Shown piece by piece: positions 13,478-27,950 of a stretch of DNA of 64,000 nucleotides; position 1 is the first letter of the stretch; each line of letters opens with the position of its first letter. The stretch comes from Octopus sinensis (Eukaryota): contig NC_043006.1 in assembly GCF_006345805.1 (NCBI RefSeq), positions 66,526,001 through 66,590,000 of the forward strand. The letters are read 5' to 3'. Made by a program: the position numbers and the translations under genes. Below the pieces are notes generated by a model that saw only the letters and a list, made by a program, of their open reading frames with translations, made no database searches and had not been told where the DNA came from.

Positions 13478-13797
13478 ATTTATATATATATATATATTAT
13501 ATATATATAATTAAATATACGGTATAGATATTGTGTCTATATATGTATATATATATATTTGTATCTATATATATGTATATATATATATGTATGTATGTAT
13601 ATACATATATATATATCGGGAAGTACATTTGCCACCTAAATGTGGCGGACCCATAGGGGACGATATACTGTTGTTTATAGCCCCAGGAAGACATCTTCTC
13701 TAGTTAGCTAACGATACAGTCTCTGTCTATATACTTTGAGATCCAGTTCTCCACCAAAGAACAAAAAAATATATATTTTATATTTACTTACCTTTAA

Positions 13798-14219
13798 AAA
13801 GCAACGAGCTGGTAGAAACGTTAACACGCCGGGCGAAATGCTTAGCGTTATTTCGTCTGTCTTTATATTCTGAGTTCAAATTCCACCGAGGTACACTTTG
13901 CCTTTCAGCCTTCCGGGCTCGATAAATTAAGTACCAGTTGCGTACTTGGGTCGATCTAATCGACTGGGCCTCCTCTCCAAAAATCTTGGGCCTTGTATCT
14001 AGAGTAGAAAAGAATTTACCTTTAAAAAGCAACGAGCTGGTAGAAACGTTAGAGCGCCGGGCGAAATGCTTAGCGTTATTCCGTCTGTCTTTATGTTCTG
14101 AGTTCAAATTCCGCCGATGTCCACTTTGCCTTTCATCCTTCCGGTTGCGTACTTGGGTCAATCTAATCGACTGGCCTTCTCACCAAAAATTGCGTTCTTG
14201 TGCCTAAAGTAGAAAAGAA
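13798..14219 (+). mobile_element. SINE family A, two tandem copies
   Basis: AGCAACGAGCTGGTAGAAACGTTA occurs at ~13800 and ~14028, each followed by the family A body. Confidence 0.85.
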
Positions 14220-14752
14220 TATATAGTCCTAGCCGTGGGAGCGATATGGAGGTTGACTACTCTAATCTCTTCTTGCTTATTTTCACAAGCTGATGCTGCA
14301 GTACACGATCGTGTTGTACCACTCGTAGTAGGTGAATGAGGGGACTCCTGATCGTTGACATCTAGAAATTAGAAGGCAGCCATCCTTAGAGTTGCCAGGA
14401 TGGTTGCAATTTCTGGGTCCTATTGATGTTGCTAATGTTCTTGACTCTACCGTTGTCCACCACTCTCTTATTTATTCCATGCGTTTCCAACTTCTCAGAA
14501 CAGAAAACCCTCAAGTAGCTGCGTTAGCCACATATGCAATGGCTGTAATTTCTGCCTTGTACTACTAAATCCTAGTGATTTTCTCTCTGCCGTCGGGGCA
14601 AGGTGCTGATCATTAATTGAACTGCGGTCTTTGAAGGTCATCCAGAAAAAGAGTTCTATGGAGATACTTCAAACCACATAAGGTTTCTAAATATTTTAGT
14701 TTAGATCACACCACTTGCTACTTCATCTTGAGCCCGCTTTGATGAGCGTACT

Positions 14753-15408
14753 TATTTCTTATTTCTTTACTGCCCACAAGGGGCTACACAGAGAGGGGAC
14801 AAACAAGGACAGAAAAGCGGATTAAGTTGATTATATCGACCCCAGTGCGTAACTGTTTCTTATCTAATTGACCACGAAAGGATGAAAGGCAAAGTCGACC
14901 TCGGCGGAATTTGAACTCAGAACGTAGCGGCAGACGAAATACCTATTTCTTTAGTACCCACAAGGGGCTAAACACAGAGAGGATAAACAAGGACAGACAA
15001 ACGGATTAAGTCGATTATATCGACCCCAGTGCGTAACTGGTACTTAATTTATCGACCCCGAAAGGATGAAAGGCAAAGTCGACCTCGGCGGAATTTGAAC
15101 ACAGAACGTAGCGGCAGACGAAATACCGTTACGCATTTCACTCGCGTGCTAACGTTTCTACCAGTTCGCCGCCTTCGTCACCTTTAATAATAATCCTTTC
15201 TACTCTAGGCACAAGGCCTGAAAGTTTTGGGTAGAGTGCAAGTCGATTAGATCACTCCAAGTACGCAACTGGTACTTAATTTTATCGACCCCGAAAGGAT
15301 GAAAGGTAAAGTCAACCTAGCGAAATTTGAACTGAGAACGTAAAGACGGACGAAATGCCATTAAGCATTTTTCCCGGCGTACGAACGATTCTGCCAGCTC
15401 GCTGCCTT
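14753..15408 (-). mobile_element. SINE family A cluster (multimeric)
   Basis: Repeated GGATGAAAGGCAAAGTCGACCTCGGCGGAATTTGAAC blocks at ~14880, ~15065 and ~15300. Confidence 0.85.
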
Positions 15409-15447
15409 AATAATAATGATAATAATAATAATAATAATAATAATAAT

Positions 15448-15789
15448 CGGAGAGACCCCCTTCGGTCACGACACAGACCATGGGATTGCACCTAGAAAGT
15501 TACCCTCCTAGACACAAGTCCGGGCGAGGTTGTTTATGGAAGACCAGCAGTCGCCCATGCATACCGGCTTCCCCTCTCCACGCCACCAGTGTTATCCAAG
15601 GGAAAGACAAAGGTCGATACAGCTTGGCACCCGTGACGTCGCAACTCATTTCTACAGCTGAGTGAACTGGAGCAACGTGAAATAAAGTGCCTTGCTCAAG
15701 AACACAACACGCAGCCCGGTTCGGGATTCGAGCTCACAACCTCACGATCGTAAGCTCGAGGCTCTAACCACTGAGCCATGCGCCTTCAC
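15448..15789 (-). mobile_element. SINE family D, full-length, within (TAA)n
   Basis: Minus strand GTGAAGGCGCATGGCTCAGTGGTTAGAGC...GCTCGAATCCCG (A and B boxes), with (TAA)n on both sides. Confidence 0.85.
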
Positions 15790-15846
<57 letters not shown>

Positions 15847-16399
15847 ATGATTAATGTGTAGAATATGTATTATGTAAGAGGGTTTATAGTAACCAAATGT
15901 AATTATTTAGAATATGTGCTGTCTATATTGTCTTGTAGAATCAGGCGGTGATTGTGTAGAATTGGCATTGCGTTACTTGTTATAGTATTGCGCATGGAAT
16001 TTGGAAGAATCTTTGTAGCAATTAATTACATGTGTTGTACCATTAATTAATCAGAAGCACAAGTCTTTTCAGACAATGTCGCTGATGTATCATGAGAATT
16101 ATATTTACGGCACAAACAGCAACAGAATACTCACTCAGTCACTTTTGAAATATTGTAATGGTCATCTGGTTCTGATGACCGAACAATAAGAATATTTAGG
16201 AACTGGAATATTCTTTAACTGGAAAACAAATGAGGTGTATTTCATTATTGACTGTAGATAGCGTATAATATGTGTTGGGAGGGTTGTAGAATTTGATCGG
16301 GGATTTCGTAGAATATGTGTTGTGTAGATTATGAAATTTAGGAAGAGTTTTTGTTGAATGTGTTTCGTAGATTGTGTTGTAGTATTGGCGTTGCTTACT

Positions 16400-16790
16400 C
16401 TTTTACTTGTTTCAGTCGTTTGACTTTGGCCATACTGGAGCACCGTCTTTTAGTCGAGCAAATCGACCCCAGGACTTATTCTTTGTAAGCCTAGTACTTA
16501 TTCTATCGGTCTCTTTTGCTGAACCGCCAAGTTACCGGGACGTAAACATACCAGCATCAGTTGTAAAGCTATGTTGGGTAGACAAACACATACACACAAA
16601 CATATACACAAACATACATATACATATATACAACAGGCTTCTATCAGTTTCCGTCTACCAAATCCACTCACAAGGCTTTGGTTGGCTCGAGGCTATAATA
16701 GAAGACATTTGCCCAAGGTGCCACGCAGTGGGACTGAATCCAGAAACATGTAGTTCATAAGCAAGCTACTTACCACACAGCCACTCAGTC
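16400..16790 (-). mobile_element. SINE family C, near full-length with internal microsatellite
   Basis: Minus strand GGCTGTGTGGTAAGTAGCTTGC...CAGTCCCACTGCGTGGCACCTTGGGC head, internal (TA/TG)n, and GACTGAAACAAGTAAAAGAG tail. Confidence 0.85.
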
Positions 16791-17264
16791 ATTGTGTATA
16801 ATATGTTCTATGTATATACAGCGTGATTCAAAATTTGTCATACATAGGAACAATTTTTTGTTTTTAGAAACAGATTTTTGAATCACCCTGTAGTATTATA
16901 TATAGTAGTGAGTAAGGCAGTGAGTTTGGATGCATCATCAGCACGCCAGATAAAATGCTTCGCGGCTTTTGTTACGGCTCTTTATGTTCTGAATTCAAAT
17001 TCCGGCGAAACGTGCGAACATTTCTGCCAGTTGACCGCCTTAAGAATAGTGATTAAAACTTTTGGCACAACTCCAACAGGTGGTAAGACTATAACTTTTA
17101 TATATGCACCCTGGAAAGATGAAAGGCATAGGTGACATCGGCGGGTTTTGAACTCAGAAAGTAAAAACGGACGAAATGCATGCTCGTTGCTATGTAACTG
17201 TTATAATATTCTTTTCAACAATAAGCACAAGGTCTTATTTGAAAGAGCGGGTAAATCGATTACA

Positions 17265-17872
17265 TCGAGCCCATTGTTTCACCGGTACTCAATTTATCGA
17301 CCTCAAAAGGATGAATGTCAAAGGCGACCTCGGCGGCATTTGAACTCAGAACCAGAAGACAGACGAAATACTTATTTCTTTACTACCCACAAGGGGCTAA
17401 ACACAGAGAGGACAAACAAGGGCAGACAAACAAGGGCAGACAAACGGATTAACTGGTGCTTATTTAATCGCTCCCGAAAGGATGAAAGGGAAAGTCGACT
17501 TCGGCGGAATTTGAACTCAGAACGTAGCGGCAGACGAAATACGGCTATGCATTTCGCCCGGCGTGCTAAAGATTCTGCCAGCTCGCCGTTTTGATAGTGT
17601 TATAACATTGGGAGGTTCTTGTACAGAATCTCTGCACTATGTAAGGTTTGCCATATTAATGGTTTCAAATTTTGCCACAAGGGCAGCAGTTTTTGGGAGG
17701 AGATAAGTAGATTACATCAACCCCAGTGTTCAACTAGTACTTATTTTATCGACCCAGTAAGGACGAAAGACAAAGACGACCTCGGCGGAATTTCAACTCA
17801 GAACGTAAAGACTGACGAAATGCCGCTAAGCATTTTCCCCGGCGCGCTAAAGATTCTGTCAGCTTCCGCCTT
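17265..17872 (-). mobile_element. SINE family A cluster
   Basis: Multiple reverse-complement family A bodies (17265-17590 and 17695-17872). Confidence 0.8.
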
Positions 17873-18477
17873 GTCATAGTGTTATAATATTGGGAGGTGG
17901 TTGTATAGACTCTGCACTGTGTAAGGATTGTCATATGAATGAAGGTTGATTGAGTGTACTTTGAGTTGCGTGTGTTACGTTATTTGAAGGCAATTGTTTC
18001 TGTACCACATCAATGATAACATGAACTTGCTATGCATTTCCGTATGACGATAAAGCTAAAGTAAATTGATTTCAGATCAAGCAGAATATAATACATTATC
18101 ATCATTTTCATCATTATCGTCAGGGTCATTATCCTTTTCCTTATTTTCATCATAATCAACGACAATGGCTATAACAAGAACACTAATAACAATAATAATG
18201 GTTTCTGTAATTGGCGAAAGGGTTAGGAAGAGGGGCAGTGAAGAGTCGATGCCATCGACACAAATGATTGATTGATGTGTTGTTTTATCGATCTCGGATA
18301 TGATGACAGTCATAAATAACCTCAGCGGGATTCGAACTCAGAATGCAAAGAGCCGGAACATATAACGTAAACATTGTTCCGGTGCACTAACAATTCTGCC
18401 AATTTACCTGCTTTTAACAGGCAACAACAACAACAACAACAACAACAACCTCAACAACAACAATAATGATAACAATA

Positions 18478-18527
<50 letters not shown>

Positions 18528-18848
18528 GACGACGACGATGACGATGATGATGATAATTAGGATGATGATTACAACAATATCACCAACAAAGGTAATTACA
18601 ATAACAAAAATTAGCAAAAGGAATTATGAACAGCTATTTTGAAATTTTATAGAATTTTTCTCCTGCAGCAGTGAAAATTAAATGTGTTTATGTATGTATG
18701 TATGTATGTATGTATGTATGTATGTATGTATGTATGTATGTATGTATGTATGTATGTATGTAGGTAGGTAGGTAGGTAGTTATGTCTGTATGTATGTGTG
18801 TATCTATGTATGTCTGTCTATCTGTCTATGTATGTATCTGTGTGTTTC

Positions 18849-18887
<39 letters not shown>

Positions 18888-19764
18888 ATCTCTGTGTGTG
18901 TCTATGCGTGTGTTAGTCTGTTCGTCTGTCTATTTGTCTGCTGGTGGATGTATGCATGTATGTATGTATGTATGTATGTATGTTTGAATGTACGTATGTA
19001 TATATGTATATATGAATGTATGTATGTAAGAAGGTATGTATGTATGCAATTATGCTTGTGTGTATGTATGTTTGTATGTATGCATATATGTATTCATGAA
19101 TGTATGTATGTGTATATGTATGTATGTATACATGAATGTATATATGTATGAATGAATGTATGTATGTATATATGTATGTATGTATACATGAATATATGTA
19201 TGCATGTAGGCATGACTGTATGTATGTATGTAGGCATGAATGTATGTATGTATGTCTGTATGTATGAATGTATGTATGCATGGATGTGTGTATGTATGAA
19301 TGAATGTACGTATATATGTATGTATACATGAATTTATGTATGTATGTAAGCATGAATGTATGTATGTATGTATGTATGCATGGATGTGTGTATGTATGAA
19401 TGAATGTACGTATATATGTATGTATGTATACATGAATTTATGTATGTATGTAGGCATGAATGTATGTAAGTATGTATGAATGTGTGTATGCATGGATGTG
19501 TGTATGTATGAAGGTACGTATGTATGTGTATATATATGTATGTATGTGTATGTATGTGCATAAGCATTCCTCAGATACCGTCTACAGAAACCAAATTTTG
19601 TAAGTATTTACTTGACTGATAAAGCGATAACAATATTTCAGAGTGTTTGAAACAAAATAAAATACAATAAAAATAAATACTACCAACAAGCAAAACACAA
19701 TTTAGGAACGAAGTTTTAACAAAAACGCATTGAAGCTTATAATGCTCTAATGATTCCGATATAG

Positions 19765-21817
<2,053 letters not shown>

Positions 21818-21859
21818 ATGATAATAATAATAATCTATCTATTGATTTATATAATAATC

Positions 21860-22140
21860 TAGAGTGAGAAATACCAGCCACTGCGGGACGAGATAAGAAA
21901 ATTTATGGGACATGAGGAAGTAATGTTCATACTGGTGATAATTGGTGCATTGGGAGCAGTTTCTAAGAGGTTTGAAACACATGTTAAGAATATTGGAGCT
22001 GCTGTCAGGCTCGAACTGACCCAAAAGACAGCAGTGTTGGGTACAACTCGCATTCTAAGGATAGTATTGTCTCTTTGAGTCAAAGGAGAAGGATTTATTT
22101 GAAACGAGTAAAGAACAACTAACAATTAAGAACTATCTGA
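21860..22140 (+). mobile_element. RLE non-LTR 3' fragment
   Basis: Translates LWDMRK..VIIGALGAVSKRFETHVKNIGAAVRLELTQKTAVLGTTRILRIVLSL*, the typical RLE C-terminus. Confidence 0.8.
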
Positions 22141-22362
22141 CAGTCTATCAGAATATTGTTGTTGTTGTTGTTGTTCTTCTTCTTCTTGTTCTTCTTCTTC
22201 TTGTTCTTCTTCTTCTCGTTCTTCTTGTTCTTCTTGTTCTTCTTCTTTTTAGTCTTCTTCTTCTTCTTCTTCTTCTCGTTCTTCTTGTTCTTCTTGTTCT
22301 TGTTCTTTTTAGTCTTCTTCTTCTTCTTCTTCTTCTTAATAATAATAATAATAATAATAATG

Positions 22363-22743
22363 ACAAGAGCACTCAGAGAGCGCAGACCGCCACTAAGGCA
22401 ACACGAACGTCCTCTCAACGATTGGCTACAGATGATTTTTAAAATGAGAATATCTGAAATAAACTCGACTGCTCTCACAAATGAGATTACTGAAAATGAA
22501 CCCGACCGCTCTCAAAAATAAAGTAAGAAAAAATACAGGAAATATAATCCAGAATCAGTGTCCGGTATCGGATCGATCCCAAAATCTGGCGAGTTCGTAC
22601 CCGTCACGAGGCCAAACATCTCTGAAAGTTTTATCCGAATCCATCCAGCGGTTCTTGAGATATCATGTACAGGGTCAAACAATCAACAAACGAACAAACA
22701 CAACTGAAAACAATACCTCCGCCCTCGCTAGGGCGGTGGTAAT
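22363..22743 (+). mobile_element. Non-autonomous Helitron/Helentron-like element
   Basis: Starts ACAAGAGCACTCAGAGAGCGCAG within (TAA)n. Ends in a GC-rich hairpin TACCTCCGCCCT-CGCT-AGGGCGGTGGTA (11/12 bp, 22714-22741) followed by an AT-rich target. Family assignment is by architecture only. Confidence 0.55.
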
Positions 22744-22757
22744 ATTATTATTATTAA

Positions 22758-22815
<58 letters not shown>

Positions 22816-22825
22816 GTTATTATTA

Positions 22826-22857
<32 letters not shown>

Positions 22858-22873
22858 GTTGTTGTTGTTGTTG

Positions 22874-22966
<93 letters not shown>

Positions 22967-23279
22967 TATAGTAGTAGTAGTATTTGTTTTAATCGTTTAT
23001 TGGAAAACTGACACAGATAACAGTGAAACTATTTGCGCTAATTAAAAAGGCTATATTTTTGTTTATTTATCTATTTACGTCAGATACCAACGCTCGGTAA
23101 CGGTAGAATCGGTTTGGGTGTATATAAAAATGTATATATATATATAAAATTCTAGATCATTACATTCTGAGTTCAAGTCTCGCCGTGGTCAAGTTTGCTT
23201 TTACATCCATTCGGGGTCAATGTGCCGGCAAAATCGTGTGAGCCCCGGGGGAAAATGCTTTGCGGTAATTGCCGCATGA

Positions 23280-23835
23280 GAGGTTGTGTGGTAAGAAGCT
23301 TGCTTCCCAAACACATAGTTCTGGGTTCAGTCCCACTGCGTGGCACCTTGGGCAAGTGTCTTCTACCACAACCTTGGGCCGACCAAAGCCTTGTGAGTGA
23401 ATTTGGTAGACGGAAAGTGAAAGAAGCCCGTCGTAAATATATATATATAATATATATATATAAAACATACGAATACTTACATATACGAACGTATACATAC
23501 ATTTATATGCACGTATGTACCCGATCTGTTCAAATTGCTCGCCCAAACTCCTCGTGCGATATGGTCAAAATATATCACCGCAGTGAATATAATGACGAAA
23601 TACATATATGAATTTATGTAAAGAAGGATAAGATCGTTATTTATTGGAGATGGACACAAGAGGTGTTGACGGTCGTCAGTCAGGGTAAAAGATGAAAACC
23701 AAGAATGACCAGTCTTTGTTTGCCTCTCCTTCTAATTGTTATTTCTCTTGTCTGTCTTTGTATCGCTTTGTATCGTCCATCTGTCCGAACGTTTTAATGC
23801 CCTCTATTGCGTTTTTCTTCCATATATATATATAT

Positions 23836-23925
<90 letters not shown>

Positions 23926-24125
23926 ACATTTGTCCCACCACCCATCATCGCTTGACAACCAATGTTGGTGTGTTTACGTCACCATAACTTAGCGGTTTGC
24001 CAAACGAGACCGATAGAATAAGTACTTATAAAAATAAGTCCTGGAGTCAATTAGTTCGACTAATTCGGTGCTCCAGCATGGCTGCAGTCAAATGACTGAA
24101 ACAAGTGAAAGAGTAAAAGAATAAG
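23280..24125 (+). mobile_element. SINE family C head and tail separated by microsatellite plus ~300 bp of unrelated sequence
   Basis: Head at 23280-23435, tail at ~23920-24125, intervening non-repetitive sequence at ~23520-23820. Confidence 0.7.
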
Positions 24126-24191
24126 GAGTCTTTACGTTCGGTATTAAAATCTTGCCGGATATCCTTTATTAAGTATATTCCTTAATTCTTC

Positions 24192-24284
24192 CTCACTGAA
24201 GACGGTGTGGGTGGCTTATATGGAAATCTTTGGTGAATGACCTATGCACTTTTTACACAGCTATTCTAGAAACAGTTGTAAGAG
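24192..24284 (+). ncRNA. Possible degenerate hammerhead relic
   Basis: CTC-A-CTGAAGA ...66 nt... GAAA-C-AGTT-G-TA-A-GAG. The core and stem III resemble the 55457-55504 motif, but stem I has an A.A mismatch and stem II is long and poorly paired. Confidence 0.3.
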
Positions 24285-24345
24285 ACTTTATGCATTAGTT
24301 CTTAGTACCTTATTTTTCTCAAACTATGCAATTGCGTGTGAATTC

Positions 24346-25002
24346 AAGGCGGTGAGCTGGCAGAAACGTTAGTATGCCGGGCGCATTCTTAGCGGTATTT
24401 CGTCTGTCTTTACATTCTGAGTTCAAATTCCACCGAGGTCCATTTTGCCTGTCATCCTATCGGAGTCGATAAATTAAGCACCAGTTGCGCACTGGGGTCG
24501 ATATAATCGACTTAATCCGTTTGTCTGTCCTTGTTTGTCCTCTCTAATTGACTGTCCTCCATCCCAAAATTTTCGGGTCTTGTGCCTGAAGAAAAAAAGA
24601 ATATTCTTTATTCTCAAGGCGGCGAGCTGGCAGAATCGTTAGCACGCCGGGCGAAATGCTTAGCGGTATTTCGTCTGCGTTACGTTGTGAGTTCAAATTC
24701 CGCCGAGGTCGACTTTGCCTTTCAACCTTTCGGGGTCGATAAATTAAGTACCAGTTACGCACTGGGGTCGATGTAATCGACTTAATACCTATGTCTGTCC
24801 TTGTTTGTCCCCTCTGTGTTTAGCCCCTTGTGGGTAATAAAGAAATAGGTATTTCGTCTGTCTTTATGTTCAGAGTTCAAAGTCCGGCGCGGCCGACTTT
24901 GATTTTCCTCCTTTCGAGGTCGATAAATTATGTACCAGTTACGTAATCGACTGGCCCCTTCTCCAAAAATTTCGGGCCTTGTGCCTAGAGTAAAAAAGAA
25001 TT
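24346..25002 (+). mobile_element. SINE family A cluster (tandem copies)
   Basis: Heads at 24346 and 24617, with an internal re-start at ~24850. Confidence 0.85.
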
Positions 25003-25076
25003 ATGTGTGAATTATAAATCACATCTTCTGAAGTGATACCACGCTTTACTTGTTCATACTTTCTCTCCAATATGTA

Positions 25077-26368
25077 CGAGGGGCGTTCAATAAGTAATGC
25101 CTCTGACCCACTTCCCATAGCAGTAGAGCAACGAAACTTGGCACAGTTATTAGTCTTTTTCTACATAGGAACCACCCAGAGTTACGCATTTCTCCCATCG
25201 TTTGATGCAGCTCTGGAGACCGTTTTTGTAGAAGACCCCAGCTTGGTCCTCCAACCTGAACGTGACTTCAGAAATCAAGGCTGCATCATCTGGGAAACGC
25301 TTTCCTTTCAAAAACAACTTCATGACTGGGAAGAGAGGAAATCAGAGGGTGCAAAGTCAGGAAAGTAGGGCGGATGGGGGAGGAGTTCATAGCCATACGC
25401 CTGTGCTTCTGATCTGGCGACAAGCGAGTTGTGGACCGGAGCGTTGTCCTGCAGGAGGAGGATGCCTTTGCTGATCTTGCCCCGCCTCTTGATTTTGATA
25501 ACTTTTCTTAATTTCCTCAAAAGTGAAGCATAACAGGCTCCTGTAATTGTGGTACCTTTTGCCAGGAAATCTGTCATCACTACTCCGTCCTGGTCCCAGA
25601 AGACTGTGAGCATGACCTTGCCAGCGGAGGGCTGCACCCTTGCCTTCTTTGGAGGGGGTGAGTCACGGTGCTTCCACTGCATTGACTGGGCTTTGGTCTC
25701 TGGATCATCGTGATGGACCCAGGTTTCATCCTGTGTAATCAGTCTTTTGAAAAATTTTGACTCATCTTCTTGGCGCATCTCCAAATTCATCCTCGAGCAC
25801 TCGACGCGTTCTTGCTTCTGGAAAGGCGTGTGCAACCTGGGAATCCATCTGGCAGACATCTTTTGCATATGCAAATGGTCATGAATGATAGTTTTCACAG
25901 ACCCGGTACCAATCTTGACCTCATGGGCTATTTGGCGAATGATTAATGCATCGATCTTCCAAAATGGCAGCCTCAATTTGACGGACAGATGCCTCATCAA
26001 TGGCAGAAGCGGGGCGACCAGATCTGGGACTGTTTCCACAGAGTTCCGACCATGTTTGAATTCACGATGCCAGCGTTTTACAAGGTCATATGATGGGGCA
26101 TCATCACCATAAGTTACTTTCATTTCATCAAAAGTCACCCGTGGTGTGCGTCCTTTCAGATACAAAAACCGGATCACTGCTCGACACTCAACAGGCTCCA
26201 TTTCACACTTGACTCAGTTCAAATACCTGTAAATCAGAAACCACAATTAGTTCAGAGCTGTAATTTGTCACTTACTCTATAGAGATATAAATAATTGCAC
26301 ATGCAAAATTTCAGCTAGATCAAACAACTGCAAGTGGGTCAGGGGCATTACTTATCGAACGTCCCTCG
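25077..26368 (-). mobile_element. Full-length mariner (D,D34D) DNA transposon, 1292 bp
   Basis: 37-bp TIRs CGAGGGGCGTTCAATAAGTAATGCCTCTGACCCACTT vs CGAGGGACGTTCGATAAGTAATGCCCCTGACCCACTT (3 mismatches), TA target duplication at 25075-76 and 26369-70, and an internal transposase. Confidence 0.97.
25150..26201 (-). pseudogene. Mariner transposase, ~350 aa after correcting three 1-nt indels
   Basis: MEPVECRAVIRFL HTH start, WIPRL, QDETWVHH, LQDNAPVH and HPPYFPDFAPSD motifs, with 34 residues between the second and third Asp. A shifted frame continues LFPVMKLFLKGKRF...WEKCVTLGGSYVEKD* to 25150. Confidence 0.92.
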
Positions 26369-26562
26369 TAGATGCCCGCTCAATGATGAACAAACAGCCA
26401 TTATCTGCTAGGTTACTACAACACCTCTTTCGGTTTAGGAGTATTTCCAGTCGAAGTTTTATTGGTAAACCAAACTGAGCATTGATCGTATCAGATACAT
26501 TACACCATTAGACGGGATTTTTTAATATGCATTTTCTTTCTCACTCACTGATTCTTTCTCCC

Positions 26563-26601
<39 letters not shown>

Positions 26602-26773
26602 ACATTATATAAAAGGGCTTAGTAAAATAAATTACTTCGCCGCATACTGAACTCGTTAGAATAGCAGCTAAAAAAAACTATTTCTAACACTTAAAGAAAA
26701 CCTCTCTCATATAGTGTTTGCTCAATTCAACCCAAGAAAGTATGAGGGTAGAGACATTAAAAAATCAAATGCA

Positions 26774-26844
26774 AAGGTTATTTGAGTACGTACGTTTCAA
26801 GATTAGCCAAAATCGACCCTTCTCTCATCAGCTCAGAAGCCCTT
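26774..26844 (-). ncRNA. Type I hammerhead ribozyme motif, copy 1
   Basis: TGAG-CTGATGA-[GAGA..TCTT stem II]-GAAA-C-GTAC-G-TA-CTCA; core intact. Confidence 0.85.
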
Positions 26845-27325
26845 GTTTGAGTTTGAAAACACTGAAAATGGGAGCATACCCTTTCGGCTTGTTATCGCTT
26901 CTGAAGATCTGTTCCCAACTAACAGTGCTAGCTAACTCAAATATGCAAGAGAAAAATTTCTGTTCTCCCCTTTCCACCAGCGTGGGTTAAAATCAGCAAA
27001 CACTATGCTTTTTTTCGGTAAAATCCAAGACAATTAAGTAGAGAGAGATGAATTATAATTTCAACAATTGAGGGTAAAATTAATTAATTAATTAATCAAT
27101 TTCACCAAGTATTCAGTATGCAAAGGGACCATTTAAGGCAAATTCAAATTATTACATTATATAAAAGGGCTTAGTAAAATAAATTACTTTGCCGCATACT
27201 GAACTCGTTAGAAATAGCAGCTAAAAAAACTATTTCTAACACTTAAAGAAAACCTCTCTCATATAGTGTTTGCTCAATTCAACCCAAGAAAGTATGAGGG
27301 TAGAGACATTAAAAAATCAAATGCA

Positions 27326-27397
27326 AAGGTTATTTGAGTACGTACGTTTCAAGATTAGCCAAAATCGACCCTTCTCTCATCAGCTCAGAATGCCCTT
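27326..27397 (-). ncRNA. Type I hammerhead ribozyme motif, copy 2 (best-formed)
   Basis: AAGG-GC-ATT-C-TGAG CTGATGA GAGAAGGGTCGATTTTGGCTAATCTT GAAA CGTACG TA CTCA-AAT-AA-CCTT. All core nucleotides are present, with extended stem I. Confidence 0.88.
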
Positions 27398-27879
27398 GTT
27401 TGAGTTTGAAAACACTGAAAATGGGAGCATACCCTTTCGGCTTGTTATCGCTTCTGAAGATCTGTTCCCAACTAACAGTGCTAGCTAACTCAAATATGCA
27501 AGAGAAAAATTTCTGTTCTCCCCTTTCCACCAGCGTGGGTTAAAATCAGCAAACACTATGCTTTTTTTCGGTAAAATCCAAGACAATTAAGTAGAGAGAG
27601 ATGAATTATAATTTCAACAATTGAGGGTAAAATTAATTAATTAATTAATCAATTTCACCAAGTATTCAGTATGCAAAGGGACCATTTAAGGCAAATTCAA
27701 ATTATTACATTATATAAAAGGGCTTAGTAAAATAAATTACTTTGCCGCATACTGAACTCGTTAGAAATAGCAGCTAAAAAAACTATTTCTAACACTTAAA
27801 GAAAACCTCTCTCATATAGTGTTTGCTCAATTCAACCCAAGAAAGTATGAGGGTTAGAGACATTAAAAAATCAAATGCA

Positions 27880-27950
27880 AAGGTTATTTGAGTACGTACG
27901 TTCAAGATTAGCCAAAATCGACCCTTCTCTCATCAGCTCAGAATGCCCTT
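27880..27950 (-). ncRNA. Hammerhead motif, copy 3 (core lesion: GAAA reduced to GAA)
   Basis: Plus strand reads GTACGTTCAAG rather than GTACGTTTCAAG, so one core A is missing (mutation or read error). Confidence 0.6.

Noticed and set aside
14220-14740. Non-repetitive GC-richer stretch, possibly a retroelement or gene fragment
   Set aside because: All frames I translated contain frequent stops and no convincing motif; a translated search is needed.
2703-15789. tRNA-like heads as genuine tRNA genes
   Set aside because: They continue into conserved SINE bodies and lack complete cloverleafs and terminators.
16168-16245. CTGATGA...GAAAA with an internal 9-bp stem
   Set aside because: Extra A in the core, stem III out of register, and no stem I pairing.
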